A DNA stretch of 36,125 nucleotides from Alphaproteobacteria bacterium (GCA_034668865.1 JAXDOO010000003.1:1-36125), one strand, 5' to 3'; shown: positions 27,232-34,269, numbered from the stretch's first letter. Numbers and translations: made by a program. The notes: generated from the sequence alone by a model not told the origin.

Positions 27232-27336
27232 ATCCCTTCAACTCTAAGGGGACGCCGGACGGCTTTCCGTCGGGGAGGGAGGGGTATGAAGGCCGTCCGG
27301 CGTATTTGACGCGACCGAGGGGGAAGTCGCGTCTTA
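27225..27336 (-). ncRNA. candidate GsrN-like small RNA (about 110 nt, three hairpins, C-rich loops)
   Basis: Predicted minus-strand RNA: hairpin 1 GACGCGAC-UUCCCCCUCG-GUCGCGUC (27333-27308). Hairpin 2 ACGCCGGACGGC-[CUUCAUACCCCUCCCUCCCCGACGGAAA]-GCCGUCCGGCGU (27303-27252). Hairpin 3 CCCUU-AGAGUUG-AAGGG (27250-27234) followed by AUUUAAU. An EcfG-like motif lies directly upstream and there is no ORF. Confidence 0.4.
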
Positions 27337-27342
27337 AAGGCA

Positions 27343-27368
27343 AACACGCGGAGCCTTGCGAATGTTCC
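27343..27368 (-). promoter_or_regulatory. EcfG-type promoter candidate, GGAAC-N17-TGTT
   Basis: Minus-strand GGAAC (27368-27364), 17-nt spacer, TGTT (27346-27343). It lies 28 nt downstream of the DUF2188 stop and about 10 nt before hairpin 1 of the sRNA candidate. Confidence 0.35.
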
Positions 27369-27395
27369 GTGGTTGCCGCCGGGCGTTTGGAACAA

Positions 27396-27632
27396 CTACG
27401 CGCGAGGAAGATAAGGCCCCTGCCCGTATGTCCATTCGGGCCGGAAATGGCCGTTCTCGCCCATCACGCAGACTTCAGCCTTCCGGTCACCCTGATCGCC
27501 CAGCTTCTGGGCTGCATCGATGGCGAAAAGCATGGCCTCGGACTGGGTGCGATAAGGCCCATATTCCTCATCGTCGAACTTGATCAGCCAGTTGCCGTCG
27601 TGCTGAACGACAAAATAGCGGGCCTGGGCCAT
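27396..27632 (-). CDS. DUF2188-like small protein
   Basis: I prefer ATG 27632 (MAQARYFVVQHDGNWLIKFDDEEYGPYRTQSEAMLFAIDAAQKLG) with GGAGA 6 nt upstream. The track start at 27710 overlaps otsA2. The family assignment is from memory of the motif pattern. Confidence 0.55.
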   Translation of the reverse strand: MAQARYFVVQHDGNWLIKFDDEEYGPYRTQSEAMLFAIDAAQKLGDQGDRKAEVCVMGENGHFRPEWTYGQGPYLPRA

Positions 27633-27690
27633 TCGTAATCTCCTGCCGCAACAGGTGAGATAAGCAGCTTGCCCAAGTTTCGCGACGAAA

Positions 27691-29187
27691 TTAATGCCGG
27701 GAATCGCCATTCACTAGATTTTGACCGGCCGAGGCGGCGGTGCGATTGCCAATTTCGCGGCGGCGCAGCTGGAACGGCAGCAAGGTGGCGCTCTCTGGAA
27801 CGACCGCCGGCTCTGGGTAAGGCATGCGCAAGGCGGTGACGAAATCCGAGAACCAGGCCTGCAAAGGCGCGGCGATCAGCGCCTTCATCATAGCGTCCCA
27901 GCGTTCGCGCCGCTCGTCTTGCGGCATGCTGAAGGCCTCGGCTATGGCGCTGGAGAGCCCTTCGATATCGTGCGGGTTGACCAGGATTGCCGCATCCAGC
28001 TGCTGGGCGGCGCCCGCGAACTTGGAGAGCACCAGCACTCCCGGATTGGAGGGATCCTGTGCTGCAACATATTCTTTGGCGACGAGATTCATGCCGTCGC
28101 GCAACGATGTTACCAAACCGACCTGCGCTATGCGGTAGAAGCAGGCCAGCCTGCCCTGGGAAAAGCCCTTTGTAAGGTACCGAATGGGCGCCCAATCAAT
28201 CTCCCCATGGCGGCCGTTGATTTCGGTCACTTGGCCTGCGAGCTGCAATTGAAGTTTTTGATAGGCGTCGACGTGAACGCGCGAGGGCACGGCGATCTGC
28301 AATAGCGCAACCGTGCGCTTAAGCGCCGGATGATGTTGCAGCAGCTGGTCGAAAGCTTCCAGGCGGTTAGTCAGCCCTTTCGAATAGTCGACGCGGTCCA
28401 CGCCGATCGCCAGCCGCGCACCTTGCAAACTGGCGCGCAGGCGGGCGGCTTCCGGGCGCCCCGCCGCTTTGACGGCGCGCGCCGCGAAACTGACCGCGTC
28501 AATCCCGATCGGGAAGGTGCCGATGCGAACGGTGCGCTTGCCGACCTTATAGACATCGCCGTCGCTCTTTAGGCCCAGTTCGTTCTCGAGATACTTAGCC
28601 AAATTGACGTGGTCTTCGTCGGTTTGCACCCCGATCAGATCGTAGGCGAGCATCGCATGGATCAATTCGCGATGATGCGGCACGCTGGAGAACACGCCGC
28701 GCGTCGGGAACGGCGTGTGCAGAAAGAAGCCGATCGGTTGGGTGATGCCGAGCTTGCGCATATCCGCGCCGAGCGCGAGGTAGTGATAATCGTGAATCCA
28801 GAAGGCCGCATCCGGTTTAGCAAAGCGGATCAGTACCCGCGCCATTAGAGTGTTGATTTCCCGATAGGCGGCGTAATCCTCACCCGACGTGCGGATCAGA
28901 TCCGGGCGCGAATGCAATGCCGGCCAAAGTGCGGAATTGGAGAATCCATCGTAAAAGGCGCGATACTGCTTTTTAGGCAAATCGACGGTGGCGATGCTGC
29001 CGGCGCCATAAGATTTTATCGTTGCGAAGGGCTCCTTCGCTGGCACTTCCAGCGGGCACTGGCTGGCGCCAACCCAAATGGCCCCGCAAGTCTGCACGGC
29101 AGGAAGTAACGCAGCCGCCAATCCTCCTTCGATCGGTTCGTCCGCCACTGGGCAGGCGACGCGATTCGAAACCACGACCAATGTCAT
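27691..29187 (-). CDS. otsA: second trehalose-phosphate synthase paralog (GT20)
   Basis: 498-aa ORF with MTLVVVSNRV, WIHDYHY, GFFLHTPFP, DRVDYSKG and RDGMNLVAKEY. Clearly diverged from the otsA at 22463-23887. Confidence 0.88.
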   Translation of the reverse strand: MTLVVVSNRVACPVADEPIEGGLAAALLPAVQTCGAIWVGASQCPLEVPAKEPFATIKSYGAGSIATVDLPKKQYRAFYDGFSNSALWPALHSRPDLIRTSGEDYAAYREINTLMARVLIRFAKPDAAFWIHDYHYLALGADMRKLGITQPIGFFLHTPFPTRGVFSSVPHHRELIHAMLAYDLIGVQTDEDHVNLAKYLENELGLKSDGDVYKVGKRTVRIGTFPIGIDAVSFAARAVKAAGRPEAARLRASLQGARLAIGVDRVDYSKGLTNRLEAFDQLLQHHPALKRTVALLQIAVPSRVHVDAYQKLQLQLAGQVTEINGRHGEIDWAPIRYLTKGFSQGRLACFYRIAQVGLVTSLRDGMNLVAKEYVAAQDPSNPGVLVLSKFAGAAQQLDAAILVNPHDIEGLSSAIAEAFSMPQDERRERWDAMMKALIAAPLQAWFSDFVTALRMPYPEPAVVPESATLLPFQLRRREIGNRTAASAGQNLVNGDSRH

Positions 29188-29217
29188 TTGTCATGTTTCT
29201 CCGCACACCAGAAACCT

Positions 29218-29242
29218 AACGATCCGTTCATCTAATGGTTCC
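29218..29242 (-). promoter_or_regulatory. EcfG-type promoter, perfect GGAAC-N16-CGTT
   Basis: Minus-strand GGAAC (29242-29238), 16-nt spacer, CGTT (29221-29218), 31 nt upstream of the otsA2 ATG at 29187. Confidence 0.65.
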
Positions 29243-29273
29243 GATTGGAGACGCCGAAATCGCGGCCGAGCTC

Positions 29274-29301
29274 AAAAAAACGGCCGCCAAAAGGCGGCCG
29301 T
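29274..29301 (-). terminator. Rho-independent terminator of the DUF992 gene (also has a T-rich tail on the plus strand)
   Basis: ACGGCCGCC-AAAA-GGCGGCCGT stem-loop (29280-29301). It is flanked by A7 on the left (U run on the minus strand) and TCTTTTCTT on the right. Confidence 0.6.
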
Positions 29302-29324
29302 TCTTTTCTTACATCTGATCAAAT

Positions 29325-29792
29325 TTACCGCGCCGCGCGTAATTGCAACCCGGACACGCCCACCGCGAGATTCAAGCCTGACTGCCCTTGCACCGATAAC
29401 GGTTGCAAGCTGATCGTGCGATCCGAGCCGCCGACCAGGACGTTGGCGCCGAGCCCGGCACCGACCGTTGCTTCTGCAGTAGCGCCGGTATAATTGCCGG
29501 CTAAGGCGCCGGCCTTGCGGCTGGTAGGAGCAAAAACCGCCCAGGCCATGCGGCCTTGAGTCGTCGCGCCAATATCCAGGCCGAACTTATTGATGGTGCC
29601 TACATAAACTTCTTTTGCCCCCTTGGAGGGAGCGAAGTTGCAGGTCATCGTCTTCTGGGAGGTAACAATCATCCCGATCCCACCAGAAATGTTACAGGTC
29701 AGGGTACCGACCTTGGCAGGCTGCTGCGCCGATGCCGGCCCCGCTACCGCGGCAATCAGAACGGAAGCAATCACAACAATCGATTTTTTCAT
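29325..29792 (-). CDS. DUF992-family exported protein
   Basis: 155 aa. Signal peptide MKKSIVVIASVLIAAVAGPASA/QQ, then GTLTCNISGGIGMIVTSQKTMTCNF...GLDIGAT...GATAEATVGAGLGANVLVGGS, the pattern I associate with DUF992. Confidence 0.7.
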   Translation of the reverse strand: MKKSIVVIASVLIAAVAGPASAQQPAKVGTLTCNISGGIGMIVTSQKTMTCNFAPSKGAKEVYVGTINKFGLDIGATTQGRMAWAVFAPTSRKAGALAGNYTGATAEATVGAGLGANVLVGGSDRTISLQPLSVQGQSGLNLAVGVSGLQLRAAR

Positions 29793-29818
29793 GCACTACC
29801 TCCTCGCGCGACCCGCAA

Positions 29819-29843
29819 AACGTCCCGGTTAATGGTTGGTTCC
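29819..29843 (-). promoter_or_regulatory. EcfG-type promoter, perfect GGAAC-N16-CGTT
   Basis: Minus-strand GGAAC (29843-29839), 16-nt spacer, CGTT (29822-29819), 27 nt upstream of the DUF992 ATG at 29792. Confidence 0.65.
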
Positions 29844-29881
29844 GAAATCAGCAAAAATTCATCTTTCGCACGGCTTGGAGA

Positions 29882-29906
29882 GGAACTTTCTACTGTGGTG
29901 AGTATT
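29882..29906 (+). promoter_or_regulatory. weak EcfG-type promoter candidate, GGAAC-N16-TATT
   Basis: GGAAC at 29882-29886, TATT at 29903-29906, 49 nt upstream of the DUF3309 ATG. The -10 deviates from CGTT at two positions. Confidence 0.25.
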
Positions 29907-29954
29907 GAGCCCGTGCCTGAACGGCATTTTTTAATTTTAAGAGAGAATTACGTC

Positions 29955-30113
29955 ATGTCACTCGGCACCATTCTTATCATCGTCCTGATCCTGGTCCTCC
30001 TGGGCGTTATCCCGACTTGGCCGCATAGCGCTGGCTGGGGTTATGGTCCCTCGGGACTGGTCGGGGTAATCCTCGTCATTCTGCTGATCCTGGTCCTGCT
30101 CGGACGGATCTAG
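29955..30113 (+). CDS. DUF3309-family small membrane protein (52 aa)
   Basis: MSLGTILIIVLILVLLGVIPTWPHSAGWGYGPSGLVGVILVILLILVLLGRI: two TM helices around the conserved PTWP...GWGY core. Only the last 52 codons of track ORF 29556..30113 are credible. Confidence 0.7.
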   Translation: MSLGTILIIVLILVLLGVIPTWPHSAGWGYGPSGLVGVILVILLILVLLGRI

Positions 30114-30137
30114 CTTCGGTTCAGGCCGCCAAAAGCC

Positions 30138-30177
30138 AGCCATGCCGTAGCTCGCGCCGCGGCATGGCTGTGGTTTT
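30138..30177. terminator. bidirectional stem-loop terminator between convergent genes
   Basis: AGCCATGCCG (30138-30147) pairs with CGGCATGGCT (30160-30169). It is followed by GTGGTTTTCC on the plus strand and GGCTTTTGG on the minus strand. Confidence 0.55.
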
Positions 30178-30196
30178 CCGGCAGAAGGATCGGATA

Positions 30197-30523
30197 TCAG
30201 GTAAGGCACCGGCTGGCGAAATTGTTCTTGGCTGACGCCATCAGCGGACTGAATGCAGGATCGCAACCCTCAAGGATTTTCGGTTCCTTGGCCGCCGCAG
30301 GCTTGCGCTTCTCGTTCGCAGATGTCGGGACGCGTACGTCGCGAGCCGTGAGTTCACGGTCGCCTTTAATCATTCGGTTCACGATGGTGGTTTGCGCCGC
30401 CCCAGCGGGTTCGATGACAGTAGGCCGGAAGGCACTAAGGCCGCTCTCGGCGGAGACGGCGACGTAAGCGGTCATCAGAAGCGCGGCGAGGCCGCCGGCG
30501 GAATAACGCAAAAGTGCGCACAT
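30197..30523 (-). CDS. exported hypothetical protein (108 aa)
   Basis: I prefer ATG 30523 (MCALLRYSAGGLAALLMTAYVAVSA/ESG, signal-peptide-like) with GGAGAG 5 nt upstream. The track TTG at 30583 is less likely. The C-terminus carries a Cys pair, GCDPAFSPL...RCLT. Confidence 0.55.
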   Translation of the reverse strand: MCALLRYSAGGLAALLMTAYVAVSAESGLSAFRPTVIEPAGAAQTTIVNRMIKGDRELTARDVRVPTSANEKRKPAAAKEPKILEGCDPAFSPLMASAKNNFASRCLT

Positions 30524-30600
30524 CGGATCTCTCCAATATACCAGCAACGGCGCTCCGGGCGCAGATGGGGGCGCTGAGGGCAAGGAAGATTTGGCGGGTC

Positions 30601-30625
30601 AACGTGCGCAGTAGCAGCAGGTTCC
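30601..30625 (-). promoter_or_regulatory. EcfG-type promoter, perfect GGAAC-N16-CGTT
   Basis: Minus-strand GGAAC (30625-30621), 16-nt spacer, CGTT (30604-30601). It lies 20 nt after the kinase stop and 78 nt upstream of ATG 30523. Confidence 0.6.
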
Positions 30626-30644
30626 GGCCGCAAGCAGTCAACTC

Positions 30645-32054
30645 TTAGCGACCGACCGACAATTGAACGACCGGGATGACAATCCGGCAGCGTACCCCGG
30701 CGGGGGTGAAGTCCATGGTTACCTCGGCGTCCAGGGAGCGCGTAAGATTTTGCTCAATCACCATGCTGCCGAAGCCGCGCTGCTTGGGCGGCTTGACCTT
30801 GGGTCCGTGCTCCTCGTCCCAGCAGATCTCAACTCCGTGACCTTCAGTTGCAGGCATCCGCTTCCAGCAGATGGAAACATGTCCCTTCGGCACGGAAAGC
30901 GCTCCGTATTTTGCTGCATTGGTAGCCAATTCGTGCAGTGCCAGCCCTAGGCTTTGCGCCGCTTCCGGCTTCAGCACGACGGTCGGGCCATTGAGCGAAA
31001 CCTGGGTGCTGACCCTATCAAGGTAATGCCCAAGTTGGGATCGCACCAACTCATACAGCGAAACACCGTACCAGCTTTCCTGCACCAGAAGGTCGTGCGA
31101 GGTCGCCAGCGCCTGCAAGCGCGCACCGAATTGCATGAGAAAGCCGTCGATGGAGCCGACGTGCCGTGCCGTCTGCCGCGCCATAGCCTGGATCACGGCG
31201 AGCAGATTCTTCGAGCGATGCGTCAATTCGCGCATCAATAGGCGCAGATGCGCTTCCCCCTCCTTGCGCTCAGTGATGTCAACCGCTGCGCAGCTCAGGC
31301 CGACGATGGCGCCCATGATGTCTCGCAGGGGCTCAATGTGCAGATCATGCCAGCGTTCGCCGGAAGCTGTCTGGATGCAGACCTCGCTATCCTGCGGGCT
31401 GCCGGTTTCCAGCGCGGCACGCTTCAAGGCGATGATCGCCGAGCGGCTGGCCGCCGGGAGTACATCCTCGTCGGTATGACCGATGATCTCATCGATCTTA
31501 CGCTCGAATATGGGATTGCTGATGGAGGTGTAACGCAAGTCGCGATCTTGCGTATAAACAGTGACATTCGATCCGCGTAGCGCGGTCTCATAGCGCTGCA
31601 AGGTGCCAGCCAGTTGCTCGCTCAGATCGCGGTGTTCGCTCTCCAGCGAGCGTACACGGGAAATATCAATGGCGGTGGTGGTGATGCCGACGACTTTGCG
31701 GTCGGGCCCAAGGATTGGATGCACATGCAAGGCGAAGAGCTTGCGGCCTTCCGGCAAGGTATAAGATACCTCGCAATCCGCCGGCACGCCGCTCTGCAAC
31801 ACCCGTTGCTTGACGGCGACCACGGCCTCGCGTTCGCGCGATGGCAAGAGCTCCTCATCGGTGCGGCCGGTGAGGCCATCGCCGCCAGGGGGGCCGTAAA
31901 CCCAGGTGTAGCGAAGATCCTCATCCTGGCGGAAGACATAGATGTTCGCTTCCGCGAGGGCAGCTTCCAGCTGCTCAGGCGGAAATTGGCCTGCTGGCGC
32001 GCTGTCTTTGCGGGAGGATGCTGTCGTCAATTGTTTCTCATATGGCCGCACCAA
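30645..32054 (-). CDS. cytoplasmic PAS-PAS HWE/HisKA_2-type sensor histidine kinase (GSR kinase candidate)
   Basis: 469 aa with no TM segment and two PAS-like repeats (YVFRQDEDLRYTWV, VYTQDRDLRYTSI). H-box LTHRSKNLLAVIQAMARQT and C-terminal HELATNAAKYGA. Adjacent to phyR. The start (TTG 32054 or GTG 32051) is uncertain. Confidence 0.85.
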   Translation of the reverse strand: MVRPYEKQLTTASSRKDSAPAGQFPPEQLEAALAEANIYVFRQDEDLRYTWVYGPPGGDGLTGRTDEELLPSREREAVVAVKQRVLQSGVPADCEVSYTLPEGRKLFALHVHPILGPDRKVVGITTTAIDISRVRSLESEHRDLSEQLAGTLQRYETALRGSNVTVYTQDRDLRYTSISNPIFERKIDEIIGHTDEDVLPAASRSAIIALKRAALETGSPQDSEVCIQTASGERWHDLHIEPLRDIMGAIVGLSCAAVDITERKEGEAHLRLLMRELTHRSKNLLAVIQAMARQTARHVGSIDGFLMQFGARLQALATSHDLLVQESWYGVSLYELVRSQLGHYLDRVSTQVSLNGPTVVLKPEAAQSLGLALHELATNAAKYGALSVPKGHVSICWKRMPATEGHGVEICWDEEHGPKVKPPKQRGFGSMVIEQNLTRSLDAEVTMDFTPAGVRCRIVIPVVQLSVGR

Positions 32055-32097
32055 GCATTCTCACAGAACAATAACCAATTATCTGATGTGGTGTCGC

Positions 32098-32123
32098 AAC
32101 TGCGGCGACACCACTGCGGTTCC
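32098..32123 (-). promoter_or_regulatory. EcfG-type promoter candidate, GGAAC-N17-AGTT
   Basis: Minus-strand GGAAC (32123-32119), 17-nt spacer, AGTT (32101-32098), about 45 nt upstream of the kinase start. The spacer is part of a perfect 10-bp hairpin (32088-32097 / 32105-32114). Confidence 0.35.
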
Positions 32124-32480
32124 GTACGATAGAACCAAGATGATCAAGCGCGTGGTTGCGGCGGAACCTTGATTGCTGCCCGCGCATTGAAATTGAGGAT
32201 CGGCCGCATCCCCTCCCCTTCGCGCGGCCTTCAATTAGGCGTAGCTGGCCATCTGCCGGCTGCGCCTCTTTGCGTCGAACGCTTGCGACTGCCCCCCATT
32301 TCGCTGCCGTGCCGCAGGGAAAGCAATTTTCCTCATGGCAGCAAAAAGCAAGTCTCGGAGCGATGACATCGCTGCCGTCGAAGAGCGGATGCAAGATTTG
32401 GAGTCGCGACTGCGCCGCGTTAATGCCAAGGCAAAGGCAAATGTAGACGGCGGTGCGACAGCGCGGCGGAGGTAGCGGCT

Positions 32481-33284
32481 CTAAGCCGTGGCGCGGTGCT
32501 CGCGGCGCTTGGCCTTGCGCTCAAAGAACAGCGCCTGGCTGAGCACGGCCGAAACGGTCGCCGGCTGGAACGGCTTGGCGATTAGGAAGGCCGGCTCCGG
32601 CCGCTGCCCGGTGAGGAATCTTTCCGGATAGGCGGTGATGAAGATCACCGGCACTTCAAAAAGCCGCAACAATTCGTTGACCGCGTCGAGGCCGGAACTG
32701 CCGTCGGCCAGTTGGATGTCGGCAAGGATCAGACCGGGGCGCTTGGCCTTGGCCAGCGCGATCGCTTCCGAATGGGTGCGCGCGACACCGAGCACGCGAT
32801 GGCCCAGGCTTTCGACGAGGCCCTCCAAATCCATCGCGATAAAAGTCTCGTCTTCGATGATCAACACGTCAGTGGCGATCTCGGCTGCCAGCTCACGGCC
32901 CGATTCCTCCACTAACCGCCGCAGGGTGGGCACATCGACGTCCAGGACCTTCGCTGCGTCATCTTCCGACAACCCCTCCAAGGCGACAAGCAGGAAAGCT
33001 TGGCGGGGCTTCGGGGTGATATGCGAAAGCCGCTGCTCCACCGGCATATCCCGGCTCGCCGGCTCGGTGGCGTCGTTGACGGGTACGGAATTCCAGATCT
33101 TGGTGAAAAGTCGATAGAGCGCGACTCGGGTGGAGGCCGCCTTTTCCAGCACGCTGGGGTCCTCGATCAGGGCCTCCAGGGTCGTGGCCACATAGGCATC
33201 GCCAGAGCTCTGGCTCCCGGTCAAGGCGCGGGCATAGCGGCGGAGATAGGGCAAATGTTGCGCTACGGCTTGAGACGTCGACAC
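32481..33284 (-). CDS. phyR: PhyR anti-anti-sigma response regulator (sigma-like domain + receiver)
   Basis: VSTSQAVAQHLPYLRRYARALTGSQSSGD is the canonical PhyR N-terminus. C-terminal receiver: VLIIEDE...LILADIQLADGSSG...KPF. I prefer GTG 33284 with GGGAGGG 6 nt upstream over the track TTG at 33341. Confidence 0.88.
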   Translation of the reverse strand: MSTSQAVAQHLPYLRRYARALTGSQSSGDAYVATTLEALIEDPSVLEKAASTRVALYRLFTKIWNSVPVNDATEPASRDMPVEQRLSHITPKPRQAFLLVALEGLSEDDAAKVLDVDVPTLRRLVEESGRELAAEIATDVLIIEDETFIAMDLEGLVESLGHRVLGVARTHSEAIALAKAKRPGLILADIQLADGSSGLDAVNELLRLFEVPVIFITAYPERFLTGQRPEPAFLIAKPFQPATVSAVLSQALFFERKAKRREHRATA

Positions 33285-33366
33285 GGAAAACCCTCCCAGT
33301 TCGATTCGGAAAACCCCCGGCGACCCCCTGAGGGCATACAATAATTCAAATCCGCTCTAAGGCAAT

Positions 33367-33391
33367 GGAACCGCTCATTGCCAAAAAAGTT
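33367..33391 (+). promoter_or_regulatory. EcfG-type promoter of nepR-ecfG, GGAAC-N16-AGTT
   Basis: GGAAC at 33367-33371, 16-nt spacer, AGTT at 33388-33391, about 98 nt upstream of the nepR ATG. Confidence 0.55.
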
Positions 33392-33393
33392 CC
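33369..33393 (-). promoter_or_regulatory. EcfG-type promoter of phyR, GGAAC-N16-GGTT
   Basis: Minus-strand GGAAC (33393-33389), 16-nt spacer, GGTT (33372-33369). It overlaps the nepR promoter face to face. Confidence 0.55.
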
Positions 33394-33488
33394 CCTAACT
33401 ATGGAACGAAACCTGCAAGTGAGACTTTTACTCCGATGACGCAAGGGGGGCCGGCCGCTTTTAAGCAAAAAGGGCCGGTGAGGGACGC

Positions 33489-33701
33489 ATGAAAGACGCC
33501 AAATCAACCGGAACCCGTTCGCAGATGGAAACTGGAACTAGCCCAGGCAAGCCCGACGCGAAATTGGGTCGCGATATTCAAGCAAAGATCGGCCAACAGC
33601 TCCGCGCCCTGTATGACGAAGTGCTCAATCAGGGAGTACCGGACCGCTTTGCGGATCTCTTGAATCGCCTAGATAAGCCGGATGACAAGGAGTCGCGGTA
33701 A
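33489..33701 (+). CDS. nepR: NepR anti-sigma factor
   Basis: 70 aa. IGQQLRALYDEVLNQGVPDRFADLLNRL is the conserved NepR core. The stop overlaps the ecfG start (TAATG). Confidence 0.8.
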   Translation: MKDAKSTGTRSQMETGTSPGKPDAKLGRDIQAKIGQQLRALYDEVLNQGVPDRFADLLNRLDKPDDKESR

Positions 33702-34252
33702 TGGCTCTGGACGCGTCCGTCCGAGATGCTGTCCTGGCAGCAGTCCCCAGCCTGCGCGCCTTCGCCATTTCATTGTGCGGGAACGTCGACCGCGCGGACG
33801 ACTTGGTGCAGGAAACGCTGTTGCGCGCCTTGGCCAATATCAATTCGTTCCAGCCCGGCACGAACATGTCCGCTTGGCTGTTCACCATTCTGCGCAATCA
33901 TTTTCGCTCGGAATATCGCAAGCGCCGGCGTGAGGTCGAGGACGGCGACGGCAGCTATGCCGAAACGCTGAAATCGCATCCGGAGCAGTATGGCCGGGTT
34001 GAATTTGAAGAATTCCGCACGGCGTTGGCCAAGCTGCCGCCGGATCAGCGAGAAGCGCTGGTGCTGGTGGGGGCCTCAGGATTTTCCTACGAGGAAGCGG
34101 CAACGATCTGCGAGTGCGCTGTCGGCACCATCAAGAGCCGCGTCAATCGGGCCCGTACCCGCCTGTCAGAGTTGATGTCGGTCGAAAGTGTCGATGATTT
34201 CGGCCCCGACCGCACCACCCGCGCTATTCTCGCCCGCACCGAAAGAGCCTAA
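33701..34252 (+). CDS. ecfG: ECF sigma factor EcfG (ECF15 group)
   Basis: 183 aa with region 2 (DDLVQETLLRA, WLFTILRNHF) and region 4 (LPPDQREALVLVGASGFSYEEAA). Sits in the nepR-ecfG / phyR arrangement. Confidence 0.9.
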   Translation: MALDASVRDAVLAAVPSLRAFAISLCGNVDRADDLVQETLLRALANINSFQPGTNMSAWLFTILRNHFRSEYRKRRREVEDGDGSYAETLKSHPEQYGRVEFEEFRTALAKLPPDQREALVLVGASGFSYEEAATICECAVGTIKSRVNRARTRLSELMSVESVDDFGPDRTTRAILARTERA

Positions 34253-34269
34253 TTCGTCCTCCCAATGCA

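Noticed and set aside
29556-29954. The first 133 codons of the 185-aa plus-strand ORF 29556..30113.
   Set aside because: This part is antisense to the DUF992 gene and crosses its promoter. Only the last 52 codons (DUF3309, own ATG at 29955) are credible.
32038-32394. 118-aa minus-strand ORF and neighbouring ORFs (32156..32446 +, 32169..32366 +, 32235..32429 -) in the phyR-kinase spacer.
   Set aside because: They are mutually overlapping, have Arg/Cys-rich implausible sequences, and one overlaps the kinase start. There is no SD or family motif.
33403-33407. Second GGAAC upstream of nepR.
   Set aside because: The sequence 16-17 nt downstream is CTTT/TTTT with no GTT, and the palindromic site at 33367-33393 explains both promoters better.
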